Shown here: positions 13,701-25,901 of the stretch, one piece after another
How positions within the stretch are numbered: position 1 is the stretch's first letter
How the letters are laid out: each line of letters begins with the position of its first letter
Assembly (NCBI GenBank): GCA_973851085.1
Contig: OZ316775.1
Coordinates: 11,346,001 to 11,410,000, forward strand
Origin: Ptychomitrium polyphyllum
Taxonomy: Eukaryota
Reading direction: 5' to 3'
Length of the DNA stretch: 64,000 bases
Notes under the pieces: generated by a model
Database searches by the model: none
What the model was told of the DNA's origin: nothing
What the model saw: only the letters and a program-made list of their open reading frames with translations
Program-made: the position numbers and the translations under genes

Positions 13701-16081
13701 CGTTGGATACATTGCTTCGTCGTACTCCATTATTACAAATTATGTCATATTGATTTTGATGATGCACTATTGAAAAGCTAATCACTTCTTGTAATGGTCT
13801 TCTACTGAACGTATTACTGTATGTACTGACCAGGTGCGAAGGGGGCCAACGAACCTACTCCAGCAGCCAGTACGGGTATGAGACCTGATGATGCAAATCT
13901 CACCCCAGCACCCTCGTCTGAATTAAAAACAGGAGGCCAGCTGGCATCAGAAACTGACTTGCAAGCACGCGCTGCTCAAGAGTTTCAGAACGCTTTGATT
14001 ACCACAAACGATGACAGTAGCGATGATGAAGAAGCCTCTAAAAGCATAAGACCTAAATTTAAAATCCAGATCAAAGCAAAGCCTACAGGTGCTACCGCAG
14101 TGGATGCCAGTTTATTAAGAGCAGCTACTCAGCAATTTAAGATCGGTGATGGATTAATCCCAGCAAGGCCCTCTATCTCCAGACCCCCTTTAGATCCTTT
14201 CCCTTCTTTAACACTTCCAGCCCCAGCGCCAGCACAACAACCACCCATGTTATTGCAACCCGAGGGTGGAGTTGGTCAAGGTCCGGCGCCCATACCAGAA
14301 GATTTTTTCCAAAACACTACGAATGCAACAGCTGTTGCCAGAGCCTTTGAAAAGACAGGCACTTTGCTTCCACAGCCACATTCTCAAGGCATTCCTGCAA
14401 GCGCAGGAGGACCTGCTTCTCAAGTCTCTTACGAACTCCCTGGTGGAGGCGTGCCACCTCAGCAACCTGAAGGTACATCTATTCTCAGTTTGCCAGGTGG
14501 TGGTGTCCCATCTCCACCCTTGACCGCTACAGAAATTGTTGCCGCCAATTTAAAGCAGTTGGACGCTAGTTTGGATCCGAAAGAGAAGCAGGAACTGCAG
14601 CAGAAGCTGCTTCTTGACCTTGTTGGTGGTCCCAAACCTCAAGCCCCTCCTGTTGTACCATCAACTGCTTTTGTCAAGCGTAATCAGGTAAAAATTTGCC
14701 ACAATTTCTCTAATTTTAAACTGAATTATTTATGTTCCAACCAGTTTTGTGCTGGTTTTATGTTTTTTACATATGACATGCTACAGTAACTGAAAGATTT
14801 GTTTTTGCTTACGACCAATTGGGTCCTGGTGTGATAGATTTTTCTAAATTCCACATCAATACGTTATGAATAGTATTTAGCAACTATGCTAAAGCACTGG
14901 TATCAGTAAGTTCAATTTCGAGTTTGAATAGCATAGCAGAATAATTGTGGTTGGTTAGTGCATTGATTAGATTCTCAAATATGGCAATCTTTTTGCGTAG
15001 AGCTTTTCCGAAGCTGGTAACCAGAAAATTCAATTATTTCAAATACGAGGTTGAGATCAGGATTTTGATTTATAATTCTAGTTCTCTTTGTGGCCATCCT
15101 CAGATTCCACGCGGGGAGCCAGCTGCTCTGTGCTTTAAAGCTGGTCTTTCCTACATCGAACAGAATCAATTGAAGGAGGCCATATTGTGTTTGGATGAAG
15201 CATTTCTCAGTTTGGCCAAAGAGCGTTCTCTGGGAACCGATGTCAAACCCCAGGCTCGCATCATTGCACAGTACAAGGTTGCTGTACAACTTTTGCAGGT
15301 AATTAACCCATTTATTTCTGTATCTTCTAGTTCCATTTCCCTTTCTTTCTGCATATCTGGTTCCTCTTTAAGTACCTTCGTTCCACGTTTGAGTTGGTAT
15401 GTCGAAATAGACAAAAACTGGGAATAGTATTCACTTCAGGTGTATTTGGGTTGTGTTTCTCGGTGGGTCTTAGACTCTGAGAATTGCTTATCCCAACCGG
15501 TTTACGTGTGTCGATCTTATATTACCTTACGTTCAAATAAACCGTTCTGGGTTCAGATGGCACTAAGGAACAATTACCTCGTCATCTAACTTGTTCAATT
15601 TGTGTAGGAAATATCACGGTTGCAGAAAGTGGACGGGCTCGGGTCTGCAGGTGCTCAAGAAATGGCCAGACTCTCCCGACATTTGAGCTCACTTCCACTG
15701 CAAGCAAAGCACCGCTTCATTTGCATCCGAACAGCCATCAAAAGAAACATGGACGTGCAAAACTACGCATACGCGAAGAAGATGCTGGAGTTGCTCCTAT
15801 CGAAGGCCCCTGCAAATAGGCAAGACGAGTTGAGGGCGATGATCAACATTTGTGTGCAACGTGGGTTGGTGGACCATACTATTGACGGCAAAGAGGACCC
15901 AGCCCAGTTTTGTGCCGCCACATTGAGTCGGTTGTCCACCATTGGGCATGACAGTTGCAATGTTTGTGGATCCAAGTTCTCCGCCTTGGCTACACCTGGT
16001 TGCACTATCTGTGGCATGGGTACCGTGCAAAGATCAGACATTGTTGCAGGAGGCCAAATATCATCGTCGCCATTTGGCTAG
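4737..16081 (+). CDS. TWD40-1: TPLATE complex WD40 subunit TWD40-1 (about 25 exons)
   Basis: The spliced translation MKWTATQHLDL..PHCAVFHQSQALIAVAVG..EFDALTGCKL..TKIKTDLKKPI..ACHPR..AFHPTLEWVFVGDR..LLAWDVS matches the Arabidopsis TWD40-1 N-terminus as recalled. It is followed by a Pro-rich linker (13834-14687) and a coatomer-like C-terminus ending CAATLSRLSTIGHDSCNVCG..CTICGM..SPFG*. In-frame ATGs lie at 4707, 4734 and 4737. Confidence 0.93.
4870..5545 (+). other. GC-AG first intron of TWD40-1
   Basis: Donor AG|GCGAG and acceptor TTTGCAG restore the conserved RNIV-EFDALTG junction. Confidence 0.72.
11242..11423 (+). other. U12-type AT-AC intron in TWD40-1
   Basis: 5' end ATATCCTC at 11242, branch site TCCTTGAC at 11406-11413, 3' AC at 11422-11423. 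Removal joins DKGYPP to FRSLMWVGP in frame. Confidence 0.9.
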
Positions 16082-16887
16082 TAACAGTTTATGTGTGTAA
16101 TTCCGTTTTATTTGTCTATTTATGTCAATTTTTGTATTGGTAATTCTACACAGATAAGATCGTAGTGGACTTCCAGATAGATGTAAACTTGTAAACTACT
16201 CTTGTGCTGAAGGCAATAGGATATTTGAGGAATTTGGTATTTGGAAAGGTTCCTATGCTGGGTTTTTTGGTCAGGAAATGGTGCCTGTTGGTACCACGGA
16301 ACCCAGTGTAAGAATAGGACTTCAAATTTTTCCAACTCTTCAGCTAAGCGGATGTATTGTCTTTTCTATGTCAATATTCAGGCACGGTGGCGTGTCTACC
16401 ACCCATGCCTTTCGAACCCTTGATTCTGCTGTAATCCTGACCACAACTGACTTTATTCCTGTGTACAAGCGTATTACCAAAACACCATCATTTCACGCAA
16501 ACCTTCGTTAATTCAGAATCTCAATATGGCGATCACCACGTCGAACGGTGACAAAAACAAAACCAGCCAATTCCAAGAGCAAGAAATGACTCATTGCTTA
16601 AAAATTCGCCATTTACAATTCTTCTAGCACATTTTTTCTGCTACCATGTCATTGTAATTCCTGTAACCTGTCAACTAGGAACAACAATAGCCGTGCTCAT
16701 GTATGAACAGCATGCCACAAATTCTCACCACCCCTCAAGGAATCCCAGTAAATGACATCCTTCTCTCTCTACACTAAATCACACCGAAATCACACCTAAA
16801 TCACACCTTCAGTGTACCTAGTCTACTGCCAGATTCGTCACAAAAGCCACATGGGGAATCGAAAATGCAGAGACGATGAAGCACATA

Positions 16888-16955
16888 ATCCACCCACACC
16901 GAACCATCATCCACCCACACCGAACCATCATCCACCCACACCGAACCATCATCCA
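16888..16955. repeat. Perfect 21-bp tandem repeat, 3 copies (ATCCACCCACACCGAACCATC)
   Basis: Read directly: copies at 16888, 16909 and 16930, followed by a partial ATCCA. Confidence 0.95.
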
Positions 16956-16985
16956 TCCAAGGCCTATCCATTGAGCAGAAGTGGA

Positions 16986-17000
16986 TAAACCCTAAACCCT
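16986..17000 (+). promoter_or_regulatory. Telo-box upstream of pTAC12
   Basis: TAAACCCTAAACCCT about 150 bp before the ATG at 17147. Confidence 0.5.
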
Positions 17001-17146
17001 TGCAAAGTCTTACTCAGAAAACTCATGTTTTTCTTCGCAAGCTTGGCACCGAAGATTGTCAACAGCTCCCAGCACGGATTCTCCAGATGAGGCGTTAGGG
17101 AGTACTGCTGCTGCTGCAGAGTGGACAACTAAGTGGGCACACACAC

Positions 17147-20100
17147 ATGGAGACTCATGGCGGCGTTGTTTTGCAGGGCTATCGTCCATGTGCACCATCG
17201 CTGCGGACTCAGGGAGGCAGTTCTGGCGCGGTGCGCGTGGGCTGCAGTGGGGGAGCCGGCGGATGGCTGGTGAGAGGCAGAAGGGGTTTGTGGGTGTCTG
17301 GAGGAGGTGGTGTGTGGGGTTCTTTGGCGCAGAGGGGGAGTCTCCAGCTTGTGAGCTCGCGGGGGCCGTCCATTGTGGGGAGAGAGAGGAGAGCTCGGTT
17401 TGTGGTGCGGTGCAATGAGAGCGATGAAGTGGACATGCCACCAGAGGCGCCAGCCTACACGAGTTATGTGGATCCCAACACTGGTGAGGCGTCGCCCACT
17501 CATGGGGCGCGGACACCCTTGCCGAGCCCTGCGTTTTGGGGGGAGGATATGCAGCGCATTGTGAGGTCGGGGCAGGCGTCCACTCCGAGAGGTGAGAGTA
17601 AGAGCTCTCGTGGTGGCGCTAAGCCTGAGAGAGATTACGTTTCCAAGAGGAAGAATGCGAGTATTGCGAATCGGAACGCGGAAAGGATGAAAGTGCCTAA
17701 TGAGTTTGAGGAGGAGGAGGAGGAGGAGGAGGAGGAGTTTGTTCCTATGAGTAAAGAGCAGATTGCGGCGAGTGGGGGTGACCTGTGGTATACGAAGAAT
17801 GACCCGGAGCATGATCCCATTAAGGAAGCGTTGAATCAGACGGCGGAGGAACATGAGGAAGGGGAAGCTGATGATGAGGGAGAGGAGGAGGACGATGGAG
17901 GCAGTGCAGGGACTGATGTTGCTGGTCTTGTTGGCAATAAGGAAGGCGCTCTTGTGCCGACGGGTGAGACTCGTCAGTTGGCGAATGATGAGCTATGGTG
18001 GAATTGGCAGAAGCCTCCCAAGGAGAAGGAGCCGTGGAGTGCATGGCATAAGCGTTCTGGTGACAGTGATAGTGTAAGTCCCACGAAGAAATTTCAGGAT
18101 TGCTCTTAGTTGGTTAAGAAATAGTTCAACTTATTCTTCTCTTGGACGATGAGGGCGGCTCCTTTCGGAATACTCGAGCAGAAATTTGATCAGCTGGGTT
18201 GAATTTGTGCCGAGAGTATCCTTAAGTAATAAAATGAGTCGACTGTAATCACTAGTACTTTTGAATGAGACGGGTTTGGTCTTTGGTAGTCAGTATTGCT
18301 GACTAGTGGCTTGATTATCTTTTGATTGTAGGTTATGGCAATGGCAATGGCAAAATCGGGTCAAATTAGGCTCTTTGGGGAAAAACCAACAATTGCTGAA
18401 GCCAGTTTAGCGCGAGCGAGGAAGCGCGTGTTTTACGAGGAGCGGTAGGTTGTTGGTTTCATTATGAATGCAATAACTGTTCTCCTTGGAAGGCTTTGGC
18501 TTCGCGATTACGAGTAATTATGTTGCCTTGTCGTCAAGTTCTGGAATGGCTTTTTCAGAATGATTCAAAGAAATTCTCCAACTACTTACTGATTTGTTTT
18601 AGAAGTTGATTTTCTGTTTTATTCAGTGTCATTATTGGGTTCGATTCTCTGGATAACCATGCATGGTGTGCTAAAAATTCATATGAGCCATGGGTGTTAG
18701 TATGTTACGTAATTTGTTTTAAGCTCGCAACTGACTCAAGAGACATGCAGAATGCGGGAGGAGGAGAATCGCAGGAAGAAAGTGGGGTCGGTGGCTTATT
18801 ACAAGGAATGGGTAAAAGCATGGAAACGTGATACTTCAAAGGCGGCCGTTGACGAGAGAGCAAAGGAAACGGGTGCAGGCGTTGTTGATCAGCTCCTTGA
18901 CATGTTACAGCATCAATCTCTTCATGAATACCGACACATGCAGGGAACTGATATTCGCATTGCTCGTGATCCTTTGACTATGCGCATGACTGAAGAGGAG
19001 GTCAAACAAGGTATGTTTCTTGAACATTTTTCCTAAAGTATCTTCGGCTACTAATTTGTGTACTGCTCAGTCTCACTCATCTATTCTAGTAGTATTCTTG
19101 ACGATGCTCTTGTTCTTGACTGCATATTTTGCATCTTGAGCCGGATCTGTTTTGAGCAACTTGTTATGTTCGGAAGCAGACATTTTTTGTTGTTCCCTGA
19201 CCAGAATGTAGACTCGCGTACTGAGCTGGCCTTTGCAAGTGATATTCTTTCTCTTTTTCGACAGAGTGAAATTGAATTTTACTAGCTAGTAGAGTCTGTG
19301 AGTGTATGATAAGTTGCACTTGCATTGTTGGAACATGTAGAGGGACGACTTCCTAAATCTTCATGGTACATGTACGCAGTTTGGGGAGGGGATCCCGTTT
19401 ATCCGACCATAAATTATGAACAAGATCCTGATTGTGTAGCTGATTTCCGACATGCCAACATGCACGAGCCAACACCAGACATTCTTGAACAATTGCGCGA
19501 TGTAAGTTGATCCCAGCTCTTACTCAGGCTTTAGCGAGTTAGTTGACCACTCTTGCATTATCCTCTTGGCAGTAGTTACTATGATTTGTTGTGCCCTGTG
19601 CCAATCCAAAAGAGACAAACCCAGGGTCGGAGTACTTTCTTGAGTATAAATGTTAGGTCTTTCATTTTTCAAGGTTCCGGTCGGCTAGGACACGTCATAT
19701 TCGAAATTTAATAAGCAACGCTTAAGAAAGCTGTTTAAAATAATAATCCGAGATCAGTATCTGGATAATTTGCGGGTTTGAAGCTAGTAATAATTTGAGA
19801 TTTTCATTCTTTCACACTATCAATTGACTCCTATTGAGGTTGTACTTGCACTTACGTTGGGTTGGAGTTGCGCTTGCAGGACGGCCGACTAATCACACAG
19901 GAAGAGCTTCAGGAATTATTGGCAAAAGAAGAGAGGGAAGCTCAAGAACTCGAGGTATTCTAGCTGTCGTAACATGTAGTTTCTATTTTCAATGAACATA
20001 GGAGGGTCATAGAAACCTAACATGTGCCTATCTTCTGCGGCTCCTGTATATAACATTCTTCTATCGTTTTCTGCTCTGGTCATGGTGTCATTCGTTTATA

Positions 20101-20879
20101 TCTTATTTGATCTCCCAACTTTTGGTGTTCTAGCTCTTTTAGTGTAGAGACAACCTAATATGGAAGTTCCGTAGCTTGTGCTGTGCAATGTTGATTTTGT
20201 TGTTCCGAGTCAAAGTGGAAGCAGATCCTTACATGCGATTACTGCTTATCAATTCATGAGGTAGTGAGGTGATTATGATGAGTTTGTTGGCGCAGGGTGG
20301 CGCTTTTGACGATGGAATGGCGGGAGCCATTGATATTGGCGACAAAGAGGTAAATAAGTGACTGCTATTTTTTTGGGAATCTTTCTAATTGCATAGCATC
20401 TTCACAGGATATCAGTTCTTGTTTGACACACAAGAAACCTTGGTTTCGATTTGCTTAATATCTTCGTGTAAAAATTCTGATAATGTAGAATGTTGTTTGT
20501 GCTATACCTTTCTGTCAATCGTTCTTAGAGAGCTGTTGCGGGTTGCCTGATTGATGTACTAATGGTTTTGTGGTGGGATACATTGCAGGATGACGACGAT
20601 GACGACGATGACGATGACGACGATGACGATGACAAAGTTGACGACGATGACATCAGAGACGATATTGCATGGAAACAGAGTATCAGCAATCAACAGCAAC
20701 TGCCGACTGGGAAACCCAAGGCCAACAGACAAACTAAGAAGTTTTCACCCGTAGTTGATTTGTTGGACCAAATAGGTGCTTCCGACTTACTGGAATATGT
20801 TGGTCCTGGAGGAGATGACGAAGACGGAGACGATGACGAAGACGAAGACGAAGATTATATTGAGGTGCTTGATGACTAG
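17147..20879 (+). CDS. PTAC12: pTAC12/HEMERA/PAP5, plastid RNA polymerase-associated protein (7 exons)
   Basis: Exons 17147-18073, 18332-18444, 18751-19010, 19380-19501, 19880-19954, 20296-20349 and 20589-20879. Family motifs DELWWNW, EWVKAWKRDTS, GTDIRIARDPLTMRM, WGGDPVYPTINY and HEPTP, an acidic C-terminus, and a transit-peptide-like N-terminus. Confidence 0.93.
17708..17737 (+). repeat. (GAG)10 coding repeat giving poly-Glu in pTAC12
   Basis: Read directly. A GAT/GAC poly-Asp tract also lies at 20589-20633. Confidence 0.9.
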
Positions 20880-21529
20880 ATTATGCTATGATTTCTCCCT
20901 TCGCAAACCTCTTATATTTATTAAATAACTCAAAACGATCGAATGCATTAGAAAGGTAGGAAATACAAGGAAACGGGTAGTGCACCTAATCCATGACTTC
21001 TCACTCGCGATGGTCAGCCTTAGATTCGTAATTGAGTATTCCAAGGAAGGTAAACTTCACTTTGGCATCTTTAGGCAGTGTATATATACATTTGAGTCCT
21101 TGATGTGGTCCTTATTAGAACGTTATCAGTGGGTGCCTGTTAATGATTCCTGTATCTTCCTTGTCCACGTTGAGGACAGAGCAGAGAAAGAAATAAAGGC
21201 GCTTCTCTGCTGTGGCTATTCTCCACTAGCCTCTTACTAGAGGCATATTTAGTGCAATCTAAATAGCTTTTCTTTACTGAGACTGCCGTTTCTGAAACCG
21301 ATATCCAGTACCACCTCTTCAGTACATATTGCTATTTGCCAAGAAGTTTCGGCCTACGTGACTTGCTTAAGTTGACCACCATAACTTATCGGTATCAGTG
21401 TCAGGATGTCACAACTCACCGGTATATGTTTGCAAGATTGCTCATACATAACATTGTGCAGATGTTGCCAACTTTTGGGTTGAGTTGTTGTTTTGACACT
21501 TGGAACTGAGCAGGTGCCCTTCATTTGCT

Positions 21530-21532
<3 letters not shown>

Positions 21533-21578
<46 letters not shown>
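21533..21578. repeat. (AT)23 microsatellite
   Basis: Read directly. Confidence 0.95.
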
Positions 21579-21582
<4 letters not shown>

Positions 21583-22923
21583 TGCTTAGGGTCGCAGAAG
21601 TCTACTCCAGGATTACTGTTCGTATTAGGATTGATTTCTTCTTCACTAGCACATTCTCGATCGCTGTCTGTATGGGAGTAGCAAATGATGCCTTGAAGGA
21701 ACTCCCTTGGCATTCAGCTCGAGTCTCCCATGTCTGTAAGGTAGGTGCCCTTATTCCTGTCGATTCAACTTGTAACGGGTTCTATTACTGTCCTAACTCA
21801 CACTACTACGCGCTTCCACTAAGTACGTAGATGATGTTCCGGGGTGTTTTACCGTCGATGTGGATTTTGTTCAAGTGTTTCACCACAATGTTACGATCAG
21901 GTAAACCATCTGTGATTTTGACATCTTCGGAGCTTTTGGGAAAAGCTAGTTCACGATTTCTGAAGTATATTACGTTGAAAAGTTTTGCAGATTGCGATAT
22001 CATGAGTAGACTGTCGTATATCAATTCCAAATCTTGCATTATATCGAAATTTGATATGTCCATAGCACTCTGGCGGCAGCACGTCAGTTCACGATACAGG
22101 TTGAGCCTTACCCGTCTCATTGTGATTATGATGGAAATGGTGTTTGACGGATGAGAATTCACAAAAGGCAGGAACATCAAGAAGTGTCAAGAAGAGGTCA
22201 AGAGTCGCAGGGCCGCAGGGAGTGAGTTGGGGCTTGGAGCTTTGACGGTCCGGTCTAGGTTAAGCGTGCTGAGATTTGTGCGGAGCGTGAACAGGGGTAA
22301 TTACTGCTGCAGGCTCATCATTATACCGTTGTCGTGAAACAGAGGGGATTAGCCTTTGATGCAGTTCTTGAGAAGTGCTGGCAAGGGATTTCGAGTTCAT
22401 TCGGTACAGCCTCCGGTGCATATTGGTACGTTGATAGAAGACGGAGTGTACGTCTGAAGAAGTGAAACAAGGAAGCGACACAACTACCAAAGTTGTAACA
22501 AAGTAGGTCTTCTACTAAGTGGCTGGAAGAAAGGTCGCCTGTGTGTTGTATCAAAATTTTGTCATCCTTTGAATTGCATTTGTCAAATCTGGGTTCCCGT
22601 GTCTCGCCTTTGATATGCTTCTGCTTGTGTCCTCAACCTTGGGACATGTCTCAAGCTCCGGCGACATGAGCAAGGTTTGTACATATTCTTGCGGCAGGCT
22701 GGCTGTTAGACATATACTTGACCTAATCCATGCCCTTAGGAAGCTACAATATGCTCTTCATAGTGCTCTTGTGTTTCTAAGGTGTAAAGTTTGCTGCAGT
22801 TGCACCAACAAAAGTACTACTTCACTTGTGACATTCAGGCAAACGAAACCAGAGGGACTCTAATTACGAGGGACTTTCAGGGAGCAAGAAATCTCGTGAC
22901 CAAGGAGAAGAAATTTTGCTAGT

Positions 22924-25272
22924 ATGAGTTCAAATGGAGGTAGCTCAATAATGGGACGCACCGGCAGCATGGTCTGGTGGGACTTGCAAACCGCGCCTCC
23001 TCCTGCAAATCACCAGTTCATGGACCACCTCCTAGCTTCACACCGCGCAATGGGCACAGGGCTGTTCAGTCTCTGCCCTCCTGTGAAGCTGCGAGCGCAC
23101 GGGACTAAGCCTCTAGCTGACGCTGCGTATGACTACATTGTCAAGAGCAAGCTCATCTTGCAGCAATCCATTTCGCCTGGTAAGCTGCGACATTGAACAT
23201 CTCATTTTAGAAGCAATCAGTTGAGTAGATTATTCCTGTTAACGGCAAGAAATGAAAAGATCTTGCTTGCGCATTGGACGGATAAGAGTGGAGGAATTGG
23301 TCAGCCTTCACTATTTTGTAATCCACGTTTCTCTCTGGCAGGTTTTGAGCAGGGGAGTACACTTTGCTGGAAGGCGATGGTGGTGGACATACTGCTTTGG
23401 GCTATAGATGTGCCACCAGACAAGGCGGATGTGATAATCATTTCCAAAGTGTTCGATCGCTTCATGGCTGATGCAATTCACCAGCTACACATAAGAAACT
23501 ACAACATAATGGTGACGACCTCCTTCCCACCAAAGGATATGACGTCTTTGCGGCAATGTGTACCACCTCTCAATTGTAAGCTGCTCCGTCAAATCTTTCC
23601 TCATTGCGATTCTCTGCCGAACACTACAGATGTGAACACTCCCAACACTCATATTGAGGAAACCTTAATCGCCAGTGACCATCAGGAGGAAGACTTGATT
23701 AGGGCAACCAACTCACAAGCGCAAGAAAGCCTGAGCCAAATGACTACTTTTTATTCTAAAATGATGGAGAAGTGCAAGAATCTAGTTGAGGAACTGCTTC
23801 AGAAAGGGATTACGGAGTTTTTGGAATGCGATCTGTGTGCGTTTTACAGGACAAGGCACGGAGAGAAATTGAAGTACAAGGAGGCGGGGTTCGTGAAACT
23901 CGACGCGTTCTTGAAGGCTGCTATTCCTGGTGTGAATTTTAGGAGCGTATTTGTGGGGACGAAACCTTTGATCCTCTGTAGCAGCCCAGGTCATGAACCC
24001 GATACCACCGTTCCACAGGAGAGAGAGGGAAGTTCTACAATCTCAAACTCAGTTCGCGTGTTCCCAACCCCAAGCTGCAGAAACATGATAGAGGAAATGA
24101 GAGTACGCCAGAGCATACTACTTTCTAATATGGCAAGGCCGGAAAGTTCGAAACAGGTTTTATATTATGGTCCACTCACCATGGAGGAGGTGAGAAATTG
24201 GCTCCACGAGCTGGTAGAATGCGGCCGTGCTGATGCAGGCATAAACTTGAGTCTCCTTGGGAAAGATTTTGAGGAACGCAAGGGTAAGAAACTCAATTAT
24301 AAAAGCCTGCATTGTCCAACCCTAAGTGTGATGCTCTCCAAGTTTGAATACCTCGTGCGGCTCGAACGCGAAGACTCTATGGTAATTCTTTTCCCAAGGA
24401 ATATCCAGACCAGGAACAGAACAAGGCCGACCATGCCAGAATTTGCACCTGTGAATCAACCGTCTACACAGCCACAGAGGCTGTTCTGCCCGCCCGTGAA
24501 TTGTACTCCTCAGGTCTCTGAGCGGCCTCCATGCACTTCGCTCCAAAAAATCGTTCAAGTTCCTGGACAAATCAGTTTCAGAAAGAACATCCCTACAGCA
24601 GTGCCTGTCCCAAAATTCTCTCTAGATTTGAACACAACCGAGACACCGCCTGCGGCTAGTACTGTCAACACCCTCGTAATACGGCCAAAAAAGTCTGCTC
24701 CATCCGCTTCAGACGTGAAGATTGAGCCAGCAAGTGAAAAGACGTGGAAAGAGAATTATCCACCGAATGCAAATCGTCTACCGGATGCAGGTGTTGCACA
24801 CAGTTATTTTGAATGCCGGGAGTTTTTGCTACCGAAAGTGGAAGGAATTCCAAAACTAAGCAATATTCTGGCAGCCTACGGACCTGAATCTCCTCAAATC
24901 GCTATGGCTTCGGAGGCAGCCATATGCCCGCGTGCAGATCCTGTCGCTGTTGCGAAAACGGCTTCACCAGCAACTTCAGAAATAAAAATTGAGCTGGATG
25001 GTGTAAGGAATCATCTGCCGAATGTGTATACTGAGGTACCAACTTGTGGCACTGCAAAGGTAAACGTTGAAGACGCAAGCCAGGGGACGAATGGTGATGT
25101 TGGGAATGGCAAAACATTCGATTTCTACAGTTTGAAGGTGGTACAGGAGCGCGAGGCTATCAAGCGGACGTTTCAGTCTGTCAACAAGCGGCTTCAAGAG
25201 GAGTTCAAGAAGAGGAAACTTGCGCACCAGCCCATTGCAGAAGCTACATCGGACCTAACAAACAAGCAATGA
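22924..25272 (+). CDS. NYN-domain protein with two OST-HTH/LOTUS domains (MARF1/DNE1/MNU-like), paralog A
   Basis: Exons 22924-23179 and 23342-25272 (phase-1 GT-AG intron). NYN motifs VWWD, MVVDILLWAID and DAIHQLHIRNYNIMV. LOTUS-like segments at about 23761-23955 and 24181-24390, then a low-complexity tail. Confidence 0.82.
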
Positions 25273-25901
25273 CTTGTTTTCTGCACACAGCACAAAGATT
25301 CGAGGCAGGAAACAAAGGATGCTAAAGTGACTTTACCTTTGTATATATACAAGCATGAAGAATGCTTGAAAAAACACGACATGCAAAAAGAGCACAACTG
25401 CCAGTCTTTTTGTACTGAGAGATTTTTTGCCATTCAAAACTAACAACTCTTGGTAATTTTGTTTGAAACTCTTGCAAACTAAGTACAAAGTTGGTACGAA
25501 CTCTCAGAATTTTTTATGATCTAAAACTATACCGTGGATTGTAATTGTAAAGCTGCAATGACAGAAATCATGCGAACATTAGCCAAAACAGCACTTAGTT
25601 TATGCGACATATGGCCAGGACCTTTAACACGCATTTTGAATTAAAGTTTCTTTTAAGCATTGTTCTGGTCATCTCGAATTGAGACTCTCAATGCTTGGCA
25701 ACGATTGCGTTCAGGTACAACGGTTACACAAACAGAACTTAGGTGCAAAAGAATGGAATCAGAATGATAGAACATGACTAAAGAGATATTACATGTGTGC
25801 AAAGCAGATTGGAACACCATCGATGTGCACTTCACAGAATACAGAAAAATCTTACATGAATATTGTAAGCTACTGTGCAAGGGACGCAACGTTGTAGAGT
25901 C

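Noticed and set aside
16888..16955. Tandem repeats as a possible CRISPR array
   Set aside because: No unique spacers, no cas genes, and the context is eukaryotic.
17129..17854. 241-aa antisense ORF and similar shadow ORFs over real exons
   Set aside because: Explained by the codon bias and low complexity of the sense-strand genes.
23221..23341. N-terminal part of the 683-aa ORF call
   Set aside because: It lies in the intron 23180-23341 and starts at TTG. The true N-terminus comes from the exon at 22924.
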